Of a stretch of 64,000 bases of DNA, positions 1 to 9,155 are shown piece after piece. The DNA comes from Candidatus Cloacimonadales bacterium (lineage in GTDB: Bacteria > Cloacimonadota > Cloacimonadia > Cloacimonadales > DAONDQ01), in assembly GCA_963662275.1 (NCBI GenBank), contig OY759316.1, positions 1,888,001 through 1,952,000 on the forward strand, read 5' to 3'. The notes beneath the pieces were generated by a model. That model was not told the origin of the DNA. It saw only the letters and a program-made list of their open reading frames with translations, and made no database searches. Position numbers and translations under genes: made by a program. How positions within the stretch are numbered: position 1 is the stretch's first letter; each line of letters opens with the position of its first letter.

Positions 1-1584
1 GGTTTGAGTTTCCAAGAGGATCAGTGCTTCATCTATCTGCTTTCTCAGCTCATTGATATCAGTTTCAAAGCTATCCAGAAGCAAGATACTTACATTGCGG
101 ACTGTAGCTTTAAAATCTTTAACATACTTAAGCATGAAGAGGATTTTAAGAACTCGAGTGGCAAATACGTTTCCGAGGTTATTCTCGGCATTAATGATGG
201 CACCCTGAATCTGGCTTTTAATTGAAGATCGTATTCCATCGAACATCAAATCGAAGGTGGCGACATTACCTATTTCTGATTGCACGATAGATTTAACCAC
301 GTGTTGGAATACACCCAGCATAGAGCGTTCACCAACCGAACTATGGGTTCCTTCAAATGCTTGGTTCAAGGATAGCGATTTGATAGCTTTTTGAAACAAG
401 GAAAACTGATAGGGGATAAAGGGATAGCAATAGATAAAATCTTCTTTATTATTGAAATTCCTAAAGGTCTGGGCTCCATCCACAAAATGAAACATGGTCT
501 TAAAATTATTCACGTGCAAATGATAAAGCTCTGACAGCAGATCAATGGATTCATCCTTTTTCTGCAATAGTCTTTTTTGAATCACCTCTCCCACATTGGC
601 ACTGGTAAGGCTCAGACGAGTAGCAAACCGGGCTTGTATTTTGGAGAAATCATTGCCCTGATGCTTATTGAGTTCACCGAGAACAGCATCTAAATCTTCC
701 TGTGAAGTGACAACCACCCAAGCTCGCCCTTTGCATATCGTTGCCAGGCTTTCCGCTATAGTTTGGAGGTTCAGCATCAGCTTGGTATTTTCTGCGATGT
801 ATTGCCCGACCTCATCCACAAAGAAATTCAGCCTAAAGTCTTTATCCTGAGTTTTAATGTAATCAAAGACCTGGATGGCAAAGTCTTCAATCGACACTCT
901 ATAATCTTCTCTATATTTATCCAGAATGTTTTTTAAGTTGTTTGCCTCACTACCTGTCACTTTAGTAAAAGCCAACGAGATGTTATGGGATTCAAAGATA
1001 GATTCTTCTCTGCCAATCGACCAGTCTTTACCTGAGATGGTTTTATAAGTATCTTGAAATGATTGGTATATACCTTTTTTATCGAGATCTCTTTCAAACT
1101 TGGCAATATAGCCTTGCTTGCCATAATATCCGCAGAATTCATCAAACACCTTAATAAAGACCGATAACAAAGCATCAGTCTGAGTTTTAGCTACGATATC
1201 TGCTTTCTGGTCGATGTTAAAGAGAATACTCTTAGATGGTATAGCAACCGCTTTTTTAAGATCGGCACATAATATCACATCACCTTTGCACTTATCAGTA
1301 AAAGTAGTCAATATCGAGAAATCATCTTCAGTCCAGTTTTGTAACAATAAAGACAGCATTTTTAGAAGGTGGGATTTACCTGAACCAAAGAAACCAGATA
1401 TCCATACACCATTGGATGCTTCTTTACTCAGATAAGCATCTAAAAATGACCCAAGTTTAGTGCTTACTTCATCAGTAACTACATATTCTTCTACTTCTCG
1501 TTTCAGATTGCTGTTATCATCGGCTTTGATAACACCTTCAATGGGACGGTCTACTGCTTTGAGGAAAATATCATTAATCTTCAT
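1..1584 (-). CDS. brxC: BREX system P-loop ATPase BrxC (3' truncated by window edge)
   Basis: Not in the ORF track; translated by hand at spot-checked positions from ATG at 1584. N-terminus MKINDIFLKAVDRPIEGVIKADD, Walker A GVWISGFFGSGKSHLLKML, Walker B RLNFFVDEVGQYIA..LNLQTIAESL, all in one frame that reaches position 1. Follows brxA-brxB. Confidence 0.93.
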   Translation of the reverse strand, partial: MKINDIFLKAVDRPIEGVIKADDNSNLKREVEEYVVTDEVSTKLGSFLDAYLSKEASNGVWISGFFGSGKSHLLKMLSLLLQNWTEDDFSILTTFTDKCKGDVILCADLKKAVAIPSKSILFNIDQKADIVAKTQTDALLSVFIKVFDEFCGYYGKQGYIAKFERDLDKKGIYQSFQDTYKTISGKDWSIGREESIFESHNISLAFTKVTGSEANNLKNILDKYREDYRVSIEDFAIQVFDYIKTQDKDFRLNFFVDEVGQYIAENTKLMLNLQTIAESLATICKGRAWVVVTSQEDLDAVLGELNKHQGNDFSKIQARFATRLSLTSANVGEVIQKRLLQKKDESIDLLSELYHLHVNNFKTMFHFVDGAQTFRNFNNKEDFIYCYPFIPYQFSLFQKAIKSLSLNQAFEGTHSSVGERSMLGVFQHVVKSIVQSEIGNVATFDLMFDGIRSSIKSQIQGAIINAENNLGNVFATRVLKILFMLKYVKDFKATVRNVSILLLDSFETDINELRKQIDEALILLETQT

Positions 1585-1599
1585 TTATGCCCTCTTTAA

Positions 1600-2208
1600 T
1601 CAGATTTGGCAGTGATAGATATTAAAGGCTCGATAATATTTATCGTCTAATTTACTGAACAGTTTCAGAGTTGAACCACTTAGATTATTGGCATTATACT
1701 CACCGGGAAAGAAGAAAACTGTTGGTTTATCCTTTGCGACTTTTTGCAGATTATTCAGGATGTTGTGAGATCGGATATAAGGGAATACTTCTCCTATACC
1801 TGTGATAAACATGATCTGGAATTCTCCGGTAAGCATCTTTTCTGCAATAGCCGGAATAAGGTATTTCTCAGTAGCTAATACGCTTTCAAAGTGCTCAAAC
1901 AAGGTTTCCTTCGGGAAAGTTGCTTCTGACTCAATGATTTTCTCTAACAGACCCCTTTTTGCTAAGAGTTCTAAGGTTAATCTGTATAAATTGATTTCGA
2001 GTATAGTAATCGTCTGCTGACCAAGCTGGGTTATCAGTTGTCCTATTGCCCGATACATTTCGTGGGTTTCTTCCACTTTAAAAGGGCAAATAAAGAAGGG
2101 GACTTCGTTACCCAAACCTTCCTTATTGAGGAATCTGGAACTGCTCATCAATTTGAGCAAGTGGTCAAACCTATCTCGCATTTTTGATGTTTCTAATGTG
2201 TTTTGCAT
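1600..2208 (-). CDS. brxB: BREX protein BrxB (DUF1788)
   Basis: GLGNEVPFFI, GIGEVFPYIRSHNILNNL, FFPGEY and YYRAFN motifs; lies between brxA and brxC. Confidence 0.92.
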   Translation of the reverse strand: MQNTLETSKMRDRFDHLLKLMSSSRFLNKEGLGNEVPFFICPFKVEETHEMYRAIGQLITQLGQQTITILEINLYRLTLELLAKRGLLEKIIESEATFPKETLFEHFESVLATEKYLIPAIAEKMLTGEFQIMFITGIGEVFPYIRSHNILNNLQKVAKDKPTVFFFPGEYNANNLSGSTLKLFSKLDDKYYRAFNIYHCQI

Positions 2209-2217
2209 AACTAATGT

Positions 2218-2808
2218 TTATCTTTGTTGGGGGTATATAGTTAGTGGTACAGCACTATCAGCGTTTAAAATCTGCTGAACATGCTGAGCTACCATAATGG
2301 GTTTAATTGTGTTCTCAATTGTTAATATACCGGCATCTCTGAGCATTTTAAATAAGTTCTTGGTAAGCTTGTTCTTGGATTGTGATGAGATAGTATTGAG
2401 TTCATCATGCTGGATTGCTTTATTATTGTAGAATATGTTAAAATCGGCATCGCTCAGTTCATTGTCATAATTTGACATCTTATACCCGATTACATCTATG
2501 GCAAAATCTCTTATAAAGTGGTATTTCTTACATATAGCATACCAGATGACCTGAACCTGCTCATCTCTGTTTCCATTGGCAATCATAGAAAGGGCTTCAT
2601 CACTTATCAGTTTAATCCTGGTATAGGTTTCTGAATAGATTCTTCTCTGAGCAGCAAGTGTTCTGATTTGAAGTAAATTGTGCTCAAGCACCTGTTTTCT
2701 CACAGCATCCCAATCTTTCGTTTCAATATAGAGTTTAGCTAATAATACTGAATCCCGATAGAGAAGTGCTCCCGCAGTAAATCCTAAATTATACTTTGGT
2801 TCAGTCAT
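2218..2808 (-). CDS. brxA: BREX protein BrxA (DUF1819)
   Basis: Y.LGFTAGALL, NLLQIRT and KMLRDAGIL motifs. Start placed at ATG 2808 (ATGACTGA overlap with the upstream stop) rather than 2829. Confidence 0.88.
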   Translation of the reverse strand: MTEPKYNLGFTAGALLYRDSVLLAKLYIETKDWDAVRKQVLEHNLLQIRTLAAQRRIYSETYTRIKLISDEALSMIANGNRDEQVQVIWYAICKKYHFIRDFAIDVIGYKMSNYDNELSDADFNIFYNNKAIQHDELNTISSQSKNKLTKNLFKMLRDAGILTIENTIKPIMVAQHVQQILNADSAVPLTIYPQQR

Positions 2809-3001
2809 TGGTTGAACCCTCTGAACCATCCTTTATAGAATGGGCTTTAACCCATTGATCAATATCCTCTTTCTTGAACTTCCACAGTCTGCCAATCTTG
2901 TGAGCGGGAAGCTTCTTTTCACTGAGCCATTTATAGACTGTGTCTCTTGTCACTCCAAGGTATTGACTAATTTCTTCAACGGATAACCACCTGTCTTCCA
3001 T
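2801..3001 (-). CDS. Excisionase-family helix-turn-helix DNA-binding protein
   Basis: MEDRWLSVEEISQYLGVTRDTVYKW...LPAHKIGRLWKFK is a typical HTH_17 pattern; first gene of the BREX operon. Confidence 0.88.
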   Translation of the reverse strand: MEDRWLSVEEISQYLGVTRDTVYKWLSEKKLPAHKIGRLWKFKKEDIDQWVKAHSIKDGSEGSTND

Positions 3002-3447
3002 TTGGTGCTCCCTTCTTATAAATCGATGGGTATCTTGAATTCTGATGTAAATCAGATACTAATAAACAAGGACAAAACAGAATAAAAGCACTGTATTCAA
3101 GTAGTGTTTTATGTCAAAGAATTTCTCTTTTTCGGTACAAGTCTATGTCCTTCAATATGGTTCAAATTGTTTAGATTCTCTCAGAACCCCTTTTGGGACA
3201 TTGATACAGATATACGAGATTTCAAATTGATGTTTTTTGTAGTCTACCGATCACTTCTGTTATGTGATGTATCGCTTCATTATTCTCAGATTACTTAGAA
3301 CTATGGATTATTCAAATTACCAATAAACTCGTCTCACCAAGGGCAACCATTTAATACAGCTAAAATCATCTTTGAAAAACACAGACGAGTAAATCTCAGT
3401 TTGCTATCCAATTGCCATCAGAGAAGTTATGAAATCACAAAAAGCCA

Positions 3448-3606
3448 TTTGCAGTTTTCGTGTCCCAATATGAAATTTTGGTGTCCTTATTTGAAATTTT
3501 CGTGTCCCTTTTTGCAGTTCTTATGTCACTTTCTAAAGCCAGATGAATGCCGATTTGATGCGATATGAAATTTTCGTGTCCTTATTTGAAATTCTAAGTG
3601 TCCCTT
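3448..3606. repeat. 21-bp direct-repeat array (4 + 2 copies), consensus TWTGMARTTTTCGTGTCCYTW
   Basis: Units start at 3448, 3469, 3490 and 3511 (exact 21-bp period), then 3564 and 3585. Confidence 0.85.
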
Positions 3607-3645
3607 TATTCCTGTCCAGGTTCTAGCTGCATTTTATCTTTCTAT

Positions 3646-3674
3646 TTGACAAAATACATAACGATACATACATT
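3646..3674 (+). promoter_or_regulatory. Possible sigma70 promoter for the nucleotidyltransferase gene
   Basis: TTGACA-17 bp-TACATT, about 60 bp upstream of an AAGGAG RBS and ATG. Confidence 0.35.
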
Positions 3675-3733
3675 GCACATATGTGTAAAACAAGACTATA
3701 AATCTATACTGAATAATAATGTAAGGAGAAGTT

Positions 3734-4504
3734 ATGCGACATGTTATCATTCAGAAAATGAAAGAAGAACTCATGAAGTATGAGGAAGTTTTATCTTTTT
3801 TCGAAGCTGGTTCAGCAGCATTTCAGAGAAATGATGAGTATTCTGATATTGATATGGGAATCATCGTAAAGGATGATTTTCTTGAACAAGCAATCAATAT
3901 TGTCGAAAGCACGATCAGTGCAATTTCACCACTCGAGCAAAAATATGTTATTCCACAACCAACTTGGCATGGTCATTGGCAGGCATTCTACCACCTTAAG
4001 GATACCAGTCCATATCTGTTGCTGGATGTCGTTATTCTCAAAGAATCCACACCTGATACCTTAGCAGAAGTAGAAGTACATGGTAATCCCATCGTATATT
4101 TTGATAAAACAGGAGTTGTTGGAACTGAACATATTGATTATGCTCAATTAAGGGATGGTATTCTGAAAAGAATTGATAGTATCAAATTCATTAGTGGGAT
4201 GCTATCCAATTTTGTTGAAAAAGAAATCAAACGCAGCAGACTGATTGATGCCATAGATTTTTACAACAACATGTTTCTTCGCTCTCTTGTGACTTTGCTC
4301 CGTATCAAGTATGATCCGACTCGTTTTTCATGGGGGAATCGCTATCTGACTCATGTGCTGCCCGAAGATATTTATAACGAGATTCAAGACTTATTTTTCA
4401 TTCAGGATGCAAAAGACTTAGATAATAAACAAAAAATTGTTATGTTAAAAATTCATTCAATGCTTAAGGAAGATTTGCTAGTAAATGTCCCGATGGTCTC
4501 ATAA
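3734..4504 (+). CDS. Nucleotidyltransferase-domain protein (Pol-beta superfamily)
   Basis: AGSAAF..NDEYSDIDMGIIV (GS...DxD) motif plus helical C-terminal domain; AAGGAG RBS. Confidence 0.75.
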   Translation: MRHVIIQKMKEELMKYEEVLSFFEAGSAAFQRNDEYSDIDMGIIVKDDFLEQAINIVESTISAISPLEQKYVIPQPTWHGHWQAFYHLKDTSPYLLLDVVILKESTPDTLAEVEVHGNPIVYFDKTGVVGTEHIDYAQLRDGILKRIDSIKFISGMLSNFVEKEIKRSRLIDAIDFYNNMFLRSLVTLLRIKYDPTRFSWGNRYLTHVLPEDIYNEIQDLFFIQDAKDLDNKQKIVMLKIHSMLKEDLLVNVPMVS

Positions 4505-4556
4505 AATATCAATAAAAGAGGTATTAAACAAAAAGTAAGCATAAAAGAAGGAAAAA

Positions 4557-4610
4557 CTAAAAAAGTCTAGATGATCCCTAGATGATGCCTAGATGATCCC
4601 TAGATGATGC
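4557..4610 (+). repeat. 11-bp tandem repeat (CTAGATGATSC)x4, second copy at 24355-24408
   Basis: Four tandem units from 4567; 27-bp identity with 24355-24381. Confidence 0.85.
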
Positions 4611-4645
4611 TTACGTAATAGTATAACAGACTTCTTTGTGAATAT

Positions 4646-4683
4646 GTAGGGATAGACCTGTGTGTCTATCCGTGTGTCTATCC
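4646..4683 (+). repeat. GTAG-tagged REP-like palindrome
   Basis: GTAGGGATAGAC-ctgtgt-GTCTATCC with a duplicated right arm; near-identical copy at 35974-36000. Confidence 0.7.
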
Positions 4684-4840
4684 AAATTAATATATTCAAA
4701 TGTGTTTATAGACCTATGCGTTTATTGAAAATTCTCCTGTGTCGATTGAAATAGATGATTTTATGAATTCATAATTTGACAGAGATCTATCAGTATTCTA
4801 TGTTTCTCTTTTCAAAATAACATAAATCGGAGCAATTATC

Positions 4841-5803
4841 ATGAGCTCTTATACTAAGGAAACCATGCTGAATGCCTTGGAGCATTTCAAGGATGCAAAT
4901 GCTGAATTTATTTTGCGAGCTCTTTTTTCTGAAGATGAGAGCATTATCTGTATTGCTGCAAAGATTTGTGGATTAAAAAGAATCTACTCTTCTATTCCCA
5001 GATTAAAACAACTGAGTGTAAATGAATCATACGATTCAGAATTGAAAGACCAGGCTGCCTGGTCTTTAGCGCAGATGGAGGAGAAAGATATTTCGGTTGA
5101 TAGCAGGGAATCTCTTCATCTAGAATTGAAATCAATTACTATGAACAATAGAAGATTTACTTCCTCCACGATAAATCAGCTAATGCAATTTATAAAAGAT
5201 ATGACTGTTTCTATCGATCCGGCGCATGGAGCCTGGCATGCAAAACGGGTTTGGGAAACAGCTTTATGGCTTTCTGATGCAATGGATGTTGATTTAATTG
5301 TTGTGCAGCTTGCTTCATTACTTCATGACACTTGCGATTGGAAGTATCCCGAAGCAGAAAAAAAACAAATGGTTGTACGAAATTATCTGACTGCTTTCCC
5401 TATATCTGAATTACAGATCAATCATATCATGGATATTATCGGGAATATGTCATATAAAAAAAATAAAGGTGTTCTTTATACAAAATCCCTCGAAGGTCAG
5501 ATTGTACAGGATGCTGACCGTTTGGAAGCCATTGGTGCTACAGGTGTGATTCGTGCCATGATGTATTCCGGTTCGAAAGGGAATGCGATAACTGCGTTTC
5601 GAGGCAATCATCTTGAAGATTTGATGAATTGTCGTAATGATAGCATCACGATGCATCATTTCTATGAAAAACTATTACTTCTCAAAGAAGGAATGAATAC
5701 TGAAAAAGCAAAAATTGAAGCGCTACGAAGACATGAATTTATGCTGCAATTTATTGATGAGTTTTATGGGGAAATAGAGAGAACGGAAGAGACAAGGGAC
5801 TAG
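4841..5803 (+). CDS. HD-domain phosphohydrolase (YedJ-like) with N-terminal HEAT-like extension
   Basis: AHGAWHAKRV, LLHD, QDADRLEAIG and HFYEKLLLL motifs; about 95 extra N-terminal helical residues. Confidence 0.8.
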   Translation: MSSYTKETMLNALEHFKDANAEFILRALFSEDESIICIAAKICGLKRIYSSIPRLKQLSVNESYDSELKDQAAWSLAQMEEKDISVDSRESLHLELKSITMNNRRFTSSTINQLMQFIKDMTVSIDPAHGAWHAKRVWETALWLSDAMDVDLIVVQLASLLHDTCDWKYPEAEKKQMVVRNYLTAFPISELQINHIMDIIGNMSYKKNKGVLYTKSLEGQIVQDADRLEAIGATGVIRAMMYSGSKGNAITAFRGNHLEDLMNCRNDSITMHHFYEKLLLLKEGMNTEKAKIEALRRHEFMLQFIDEFYGEIERTEETRD

Positions 5804-5897
5804 GGACTTGAGACAAGCAGCAGGTAAATACATGTCAATTTTTCAATAGTATTTCATAGGATTACACCCTAAAGTAGGTGTTTCCAATAAACAATTC

Positions 5898-5935
5898 TTG
5901 ACAGACATTGACCAATAATAAATGATTAATACAAT
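5898..5935 (+). promoter_or_regulatory. Possible sigma70 promoter(s) of the starch locus
   Basis: TTGACA (5898) and TTGACC-16 bp-TACAAT (5908-5935) upstream of the GAGGAG RBS. Confidence 0.35.
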
Positions 5936-5954
5936 ATATAGGTGAGGAGCAAAT

Positions 5955-8234
5955 ATGAAACGGGTTTGGTTTTTATTTGCCATTTTTTTATTGTTGTTTA
6001 CGTCCTGTCAGAAACAAAGCAATGTAACTAAGATTCATCTCTGGCATCAGATGGAGCCAGCCAAACGTCCTGTTCTTGCTGCTTTGATATCGGAGTTTGA
6101 AAAGCAGAATCCTGATATCAAGATCATCACACTTGCTAAAGGTACTGAAGAAGTACGTACAGGTTACCAGGCTGCTTCTGCGTTTACGGGTGGTGGTCCT
6201 GAATTGGTGTATGGTCCTATGGATCAGGTCGGTCCTTTTGAAGCAATGAAGATGAAGAACAGTGATAAGTCAATTATTATGCCATTAGAAAATGTCTTTC
6301 CCAAGGAATTCTTCGATCGCTTCAATGATATGGCTGTTGTCCACTATCATGGGCATATATACCAAATAGGGGATAGGCTAGGCAATCACCTTTCTATGGC
6401 TTACAATCAAAAACTCTTCAAGGAAGCCGGATTGCCCGGTCCGCCACAAACTGTCAACCAACTGATCGAATATGGGCAAAAGCTGACCAAAGATACAGAT
6501 GGTGATGGAAAACCTGATCAGTACGGTTTAGTTTGGAATTATACTGAACCTTTCTGGGTAATACCTTTCTACGGTGGCTATGGAGGTAAGGTCTTCGATG
6601 CAAACAATAAACCTACCATAGATAATCCTGCCGCAGTAAAAACTTATCAGTTAATTCTCGATATGAAGAACAAATACAAAATTATGCCTTCCGAATGTGA
6701 TTATGACATTGCAGATAATATGTTCAACCAGGGAAGAGCTGCAATGATCATCAATGGTGACTGGTCATGGCAGAAATACATTGATTCTCCTGATGTTGAA
6801 TTTGGACTAACTAAGATACCGAAAATTGATGAAACAGACAAATGGAGTGCACCTTTTGTCTCTTCCACAGGTTATTCCATCAATAGCAGTGTGACGGGTG
6901 CAAGATTAGAAGCCACAAAACGCGTACTTGAATTCTTATTATCAGAGGAAGCGCAGCGTCGATTCACAAAAGAGCATAAATCAATTCCAAGCTTATTAAG
7001 CTTGCAGAACGATCCTACAATTAAGAATGACCCAATCCTTAAGATTTCAGCAGAACAGATAGCTGTTGGTGAACCGATGCCTATCATTCCTGAAATGAGA
7101 GCTGTTTGGGATGCCATGCGTCCTTCCCTGCAAAGCGTAATTGCCGGTTCCCTGACTCCGCAGGAAGCATCTGTTGCACAGCAGAAACTTGCTGTGGAAA
7201 AAATCAAATCTATGTTTGATACAGGTACAAAGAATGAAAAGAGTGGTGGTATCATTGTCAGAGTTCTTTACATTCTAGGATTGCTTGCAGTACTCTATGT
7301 AACATATTTAGTTATTTATAAATTTATCCTTGTTCTCCTGAGAAATCCGCAGAAAAAGGAAACAAGGGAAGCACGTTTTGCTGTATGGATGGCTTTGCCG
7401 GCAACGCTGATTATGTTCGGTGTCGTTATTTATCCTTTCATTTATAATATCATCATTTCCTTCTCAAATATGAGCATGACGACTGTCAATTCCTGGCAAG
7501 TCATTGGTTTTGGACAATATCTGAAGGTGTTTAGTGAAACTATCTTCTATGCTATCTTTACTAAAACAGTAATTTGGACAGTTGTGAACGTGACAATGCA
7601 TGTGATCATCGGTGTATTCCTGGCATTACTGCTGAACCGTGCATTACCATTCAAATCGATTTTCAGAGTCTTATTAATATTACCCTGGGCAGTTCCTCAA
7701 TATATTACAGCACTTACCTGGAGAGGAATGTTCAATGCAGATACCGGGCAGATCAACCAGATACTGAATGCCATCGGAATGCAATCGATCAATTGGTTAT
7801 CTGAACCCACATCCGCCTTCATTGCTTGTATCATCACAAATATTTGGCTGGGATTTCCCTTCATGATGATCATAGCCTTGGGAGGTCTGCAATCCATACC
7901 GGATGAATTATATGAAGCTTCCGAGATGGATGGTGCCTCGAAATGGAAACAGTTCTGGAATGTGACTGTACCATTATTGAAACCTGTCATGATTCCTGCG
8001 ATTACCCTAGGAATTGTTTGGACATTCAATAATCTCAATGTCATGTGGTTAGTAACAAACGGTGGCGAGCCTGCCGATCATTCACATATACTTGTTTCTT
8101 ATGTCTATCGGGCAGCATTCAACTTGTACGAATACGGCTATGCGGCAGCATTTTCCATGATCATCTTCCTGATCCTGGCAGTGTTTAGCATCAGCTTCAT
8201 GAACCGTACCCAAGCAACGGAAAATGTGAGGTAA
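5955..8234 (+). CDS. Maltodextrin ABC transporter, substrate-binding protein fused to MalF-like permease
   Basis: Lipobox LFTSC; MalE-like SBP (FNQGRAAMIINGDW, PMPIIPEMRAVWD) continues in frame into TM helices with EAA loop LQSIPDELYEASEMDGAS. Confidence 0.9.
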   Translation: MKRVWFLFAIFLLLFTSCQKQSNVTKIHLWHQMEPAKRPVLAALISEFEKQNPDIKIITLAKGTEEVRTGYQAASAFTGGGPELVYGPMDQVGPFEAMKMKNSDKSIIMPLENVFPKEFFDRFNDMAVVHYHGHIYQIGDRLGNHLSMAYNQKLFKEAGLPGPPQTVNQLIEYGQKLTKDTDGDGKPDQYGLVWNYTEPFWVIPFYGGYGGKVFDANNKPTIDNPAAVKTYQLILDMKNKYKIMPSECDYDIADNMFNQGRAAMIINGDWSWQKYIDSPDVEFGLTKIPKIDETDKWSAPFVSSTGYSINSSVTGARLEATKRVLEFLLSEEAQRRFTKEHKSIPSLLSLQNDPTIKNDPILKISAEQIAVGEPMPIIPEMRAVWDAMRPSLQSVIAGSLTPQEASVAQQKLAVEKIKSMFDTGTKNEKSGGIIVRVLYILGLLAVLYVTYLVIYKFILVLLRNPQKKETREARFAVWMALPATLIMFGVVIYPFIYNIIISFSNMSMTTVNSWQVIGFGQYLKVFSETIFYAIFTKTVIWTVVNVTMHVIIGVFLALLLNRALPFKSIFRVLLILPWAVPQYITALTWRGMFNADTGQINQILNAIGMQSINWLSEPTSAFIACIITNIWLGFPFMMIIALGGLQSIPDELYEASEMDGASKWKQFWNVTVPLLKPVMIPAITLGIVWTFNNLNVMWLVTNGGEPADHSHILVSYVYRAAFNLYEYGYAAAFSMIIFLILAVFSISFMNRTQATENVR

Positions 8235-9073
8235 TGATGAGAACCACTACGACAAAAACTCAGTATTTTTTCATTTACCTGTTTTTAACAGTATTTGTGA
8301 TTATCTCGATTTATCCAATTCTGACAGTATTTACAGTTTCACTTCGACCTGGTGATAACTTGCTGGATAAGTCTTTACGTATTATTCCAATACATGCAAC
8401 TTTCGAGAACTACACACGTTTATTCACGGAGAAACCTTTTCTGCTGTGGATACGCAATAGTATGTACATCACATTGGCGGTAACAATCATTGGAGTCGTT
8501 CTAGCATCCATATCAGGCTATGCTTTTTCCAGGTACAAATTTCCAGGGAAACGGGCAGGATTGATGAGTTTACTGATTACCCAGATGTTTCCTGCCACCA
8601 TGCTGTTACTTCCGTTATTCATTATGCTATCCAAACTGCACCTGATAAACAGTTTCATGGGTTTGATCATTATGTACAGTGCTACTGCCCTGCCATTCAG
8701 TATATGGCTGATGAAAGGATATTATGATACGATACCGTTCAGTTTGGAAGAGTCTGCCATTGTAGACGGTGCCGGATTGTTCGGTTCCTTCTATAAAATC
8801 ATCTTGCCTCTTGCCGCACCAGCTTTGGTGATTACGGCTCTGTTTTCCTTCATGTCTGCTTGGAATGAATATGTTGTCGCTGCCCAAACGATCTGGTATG
8901 AAGATATGTTCACCATACCCCTCGGGTTAAAAAGCTTGCAGGGTAACATGACCACGGAATGGGGCATGTATGCCGCAGCTTCCCTAATAATAACAATTCC
9001 TGTAGTTGTTCTGTTCCTTTCGCTTAGCAAGTGGCTTGTTTCTGGTCTAACTCTTGGCAGCGTAAAAGGATAA
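8234..9073 (+). CDS. malG: Sugar ABC transporter permease, MalG-like
   Basis: YAFSRYKFPGK, QMFP, EAA loop TIPFSLEESAIVDGA, and C-terminal GLTLGSVKG. Confidence 0.88.
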   Translation: MMRTTTTKTQYFFIYLFLTVFVIISIYPILTVFTVSLRPGDNLLDKSLRIIPIHATFENYTRLFTEKPFLLWIRNSMYITLAVTIIGVVLASISGYAFSRYKFPGKRAGLMSLLITQMFPATMLLLPLFIMLSKLHLINSFMGLIIMYSATALPFSIWLMKGYYDTIPFSLEESAIVDGAGLFGSFYKIILPLAAPALVITALFSFMSAWNEYVVAAQTIWYEDMFTIPLGLKSLQGNMTTEWGMYAAASLIITIPVVVLFLSLSKWLVSGLTLGSVKG

Positions 9074-9155
9074 GGTTGCTATTTAAAAATTGTGAATTAA
9101 GTAAATCCGACTTAATATATAATGAAAAGCATTGAATGTAAAAAGGAGTTCAAAA

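Noticed and set aside
4..1435. Short ORFs 4-225, 668-850, 957-1175 and 1214-1435
   Set aside because: Shadow frames of brxC, which the ORF track missed because it has no stop in the window.
3448..3660. Firm call as a Tn7 end
   Set aside because: No terminal TGT/ACA at the expected distance and no tns genes in the window; kept only as a hypothesis.
5859..5885. Possible operator (ACACC-N8-GGTGT) upstream of the starch locus
   Set aside because: Short imperfect palindrome, single occurrence, no regulator gene nearby.
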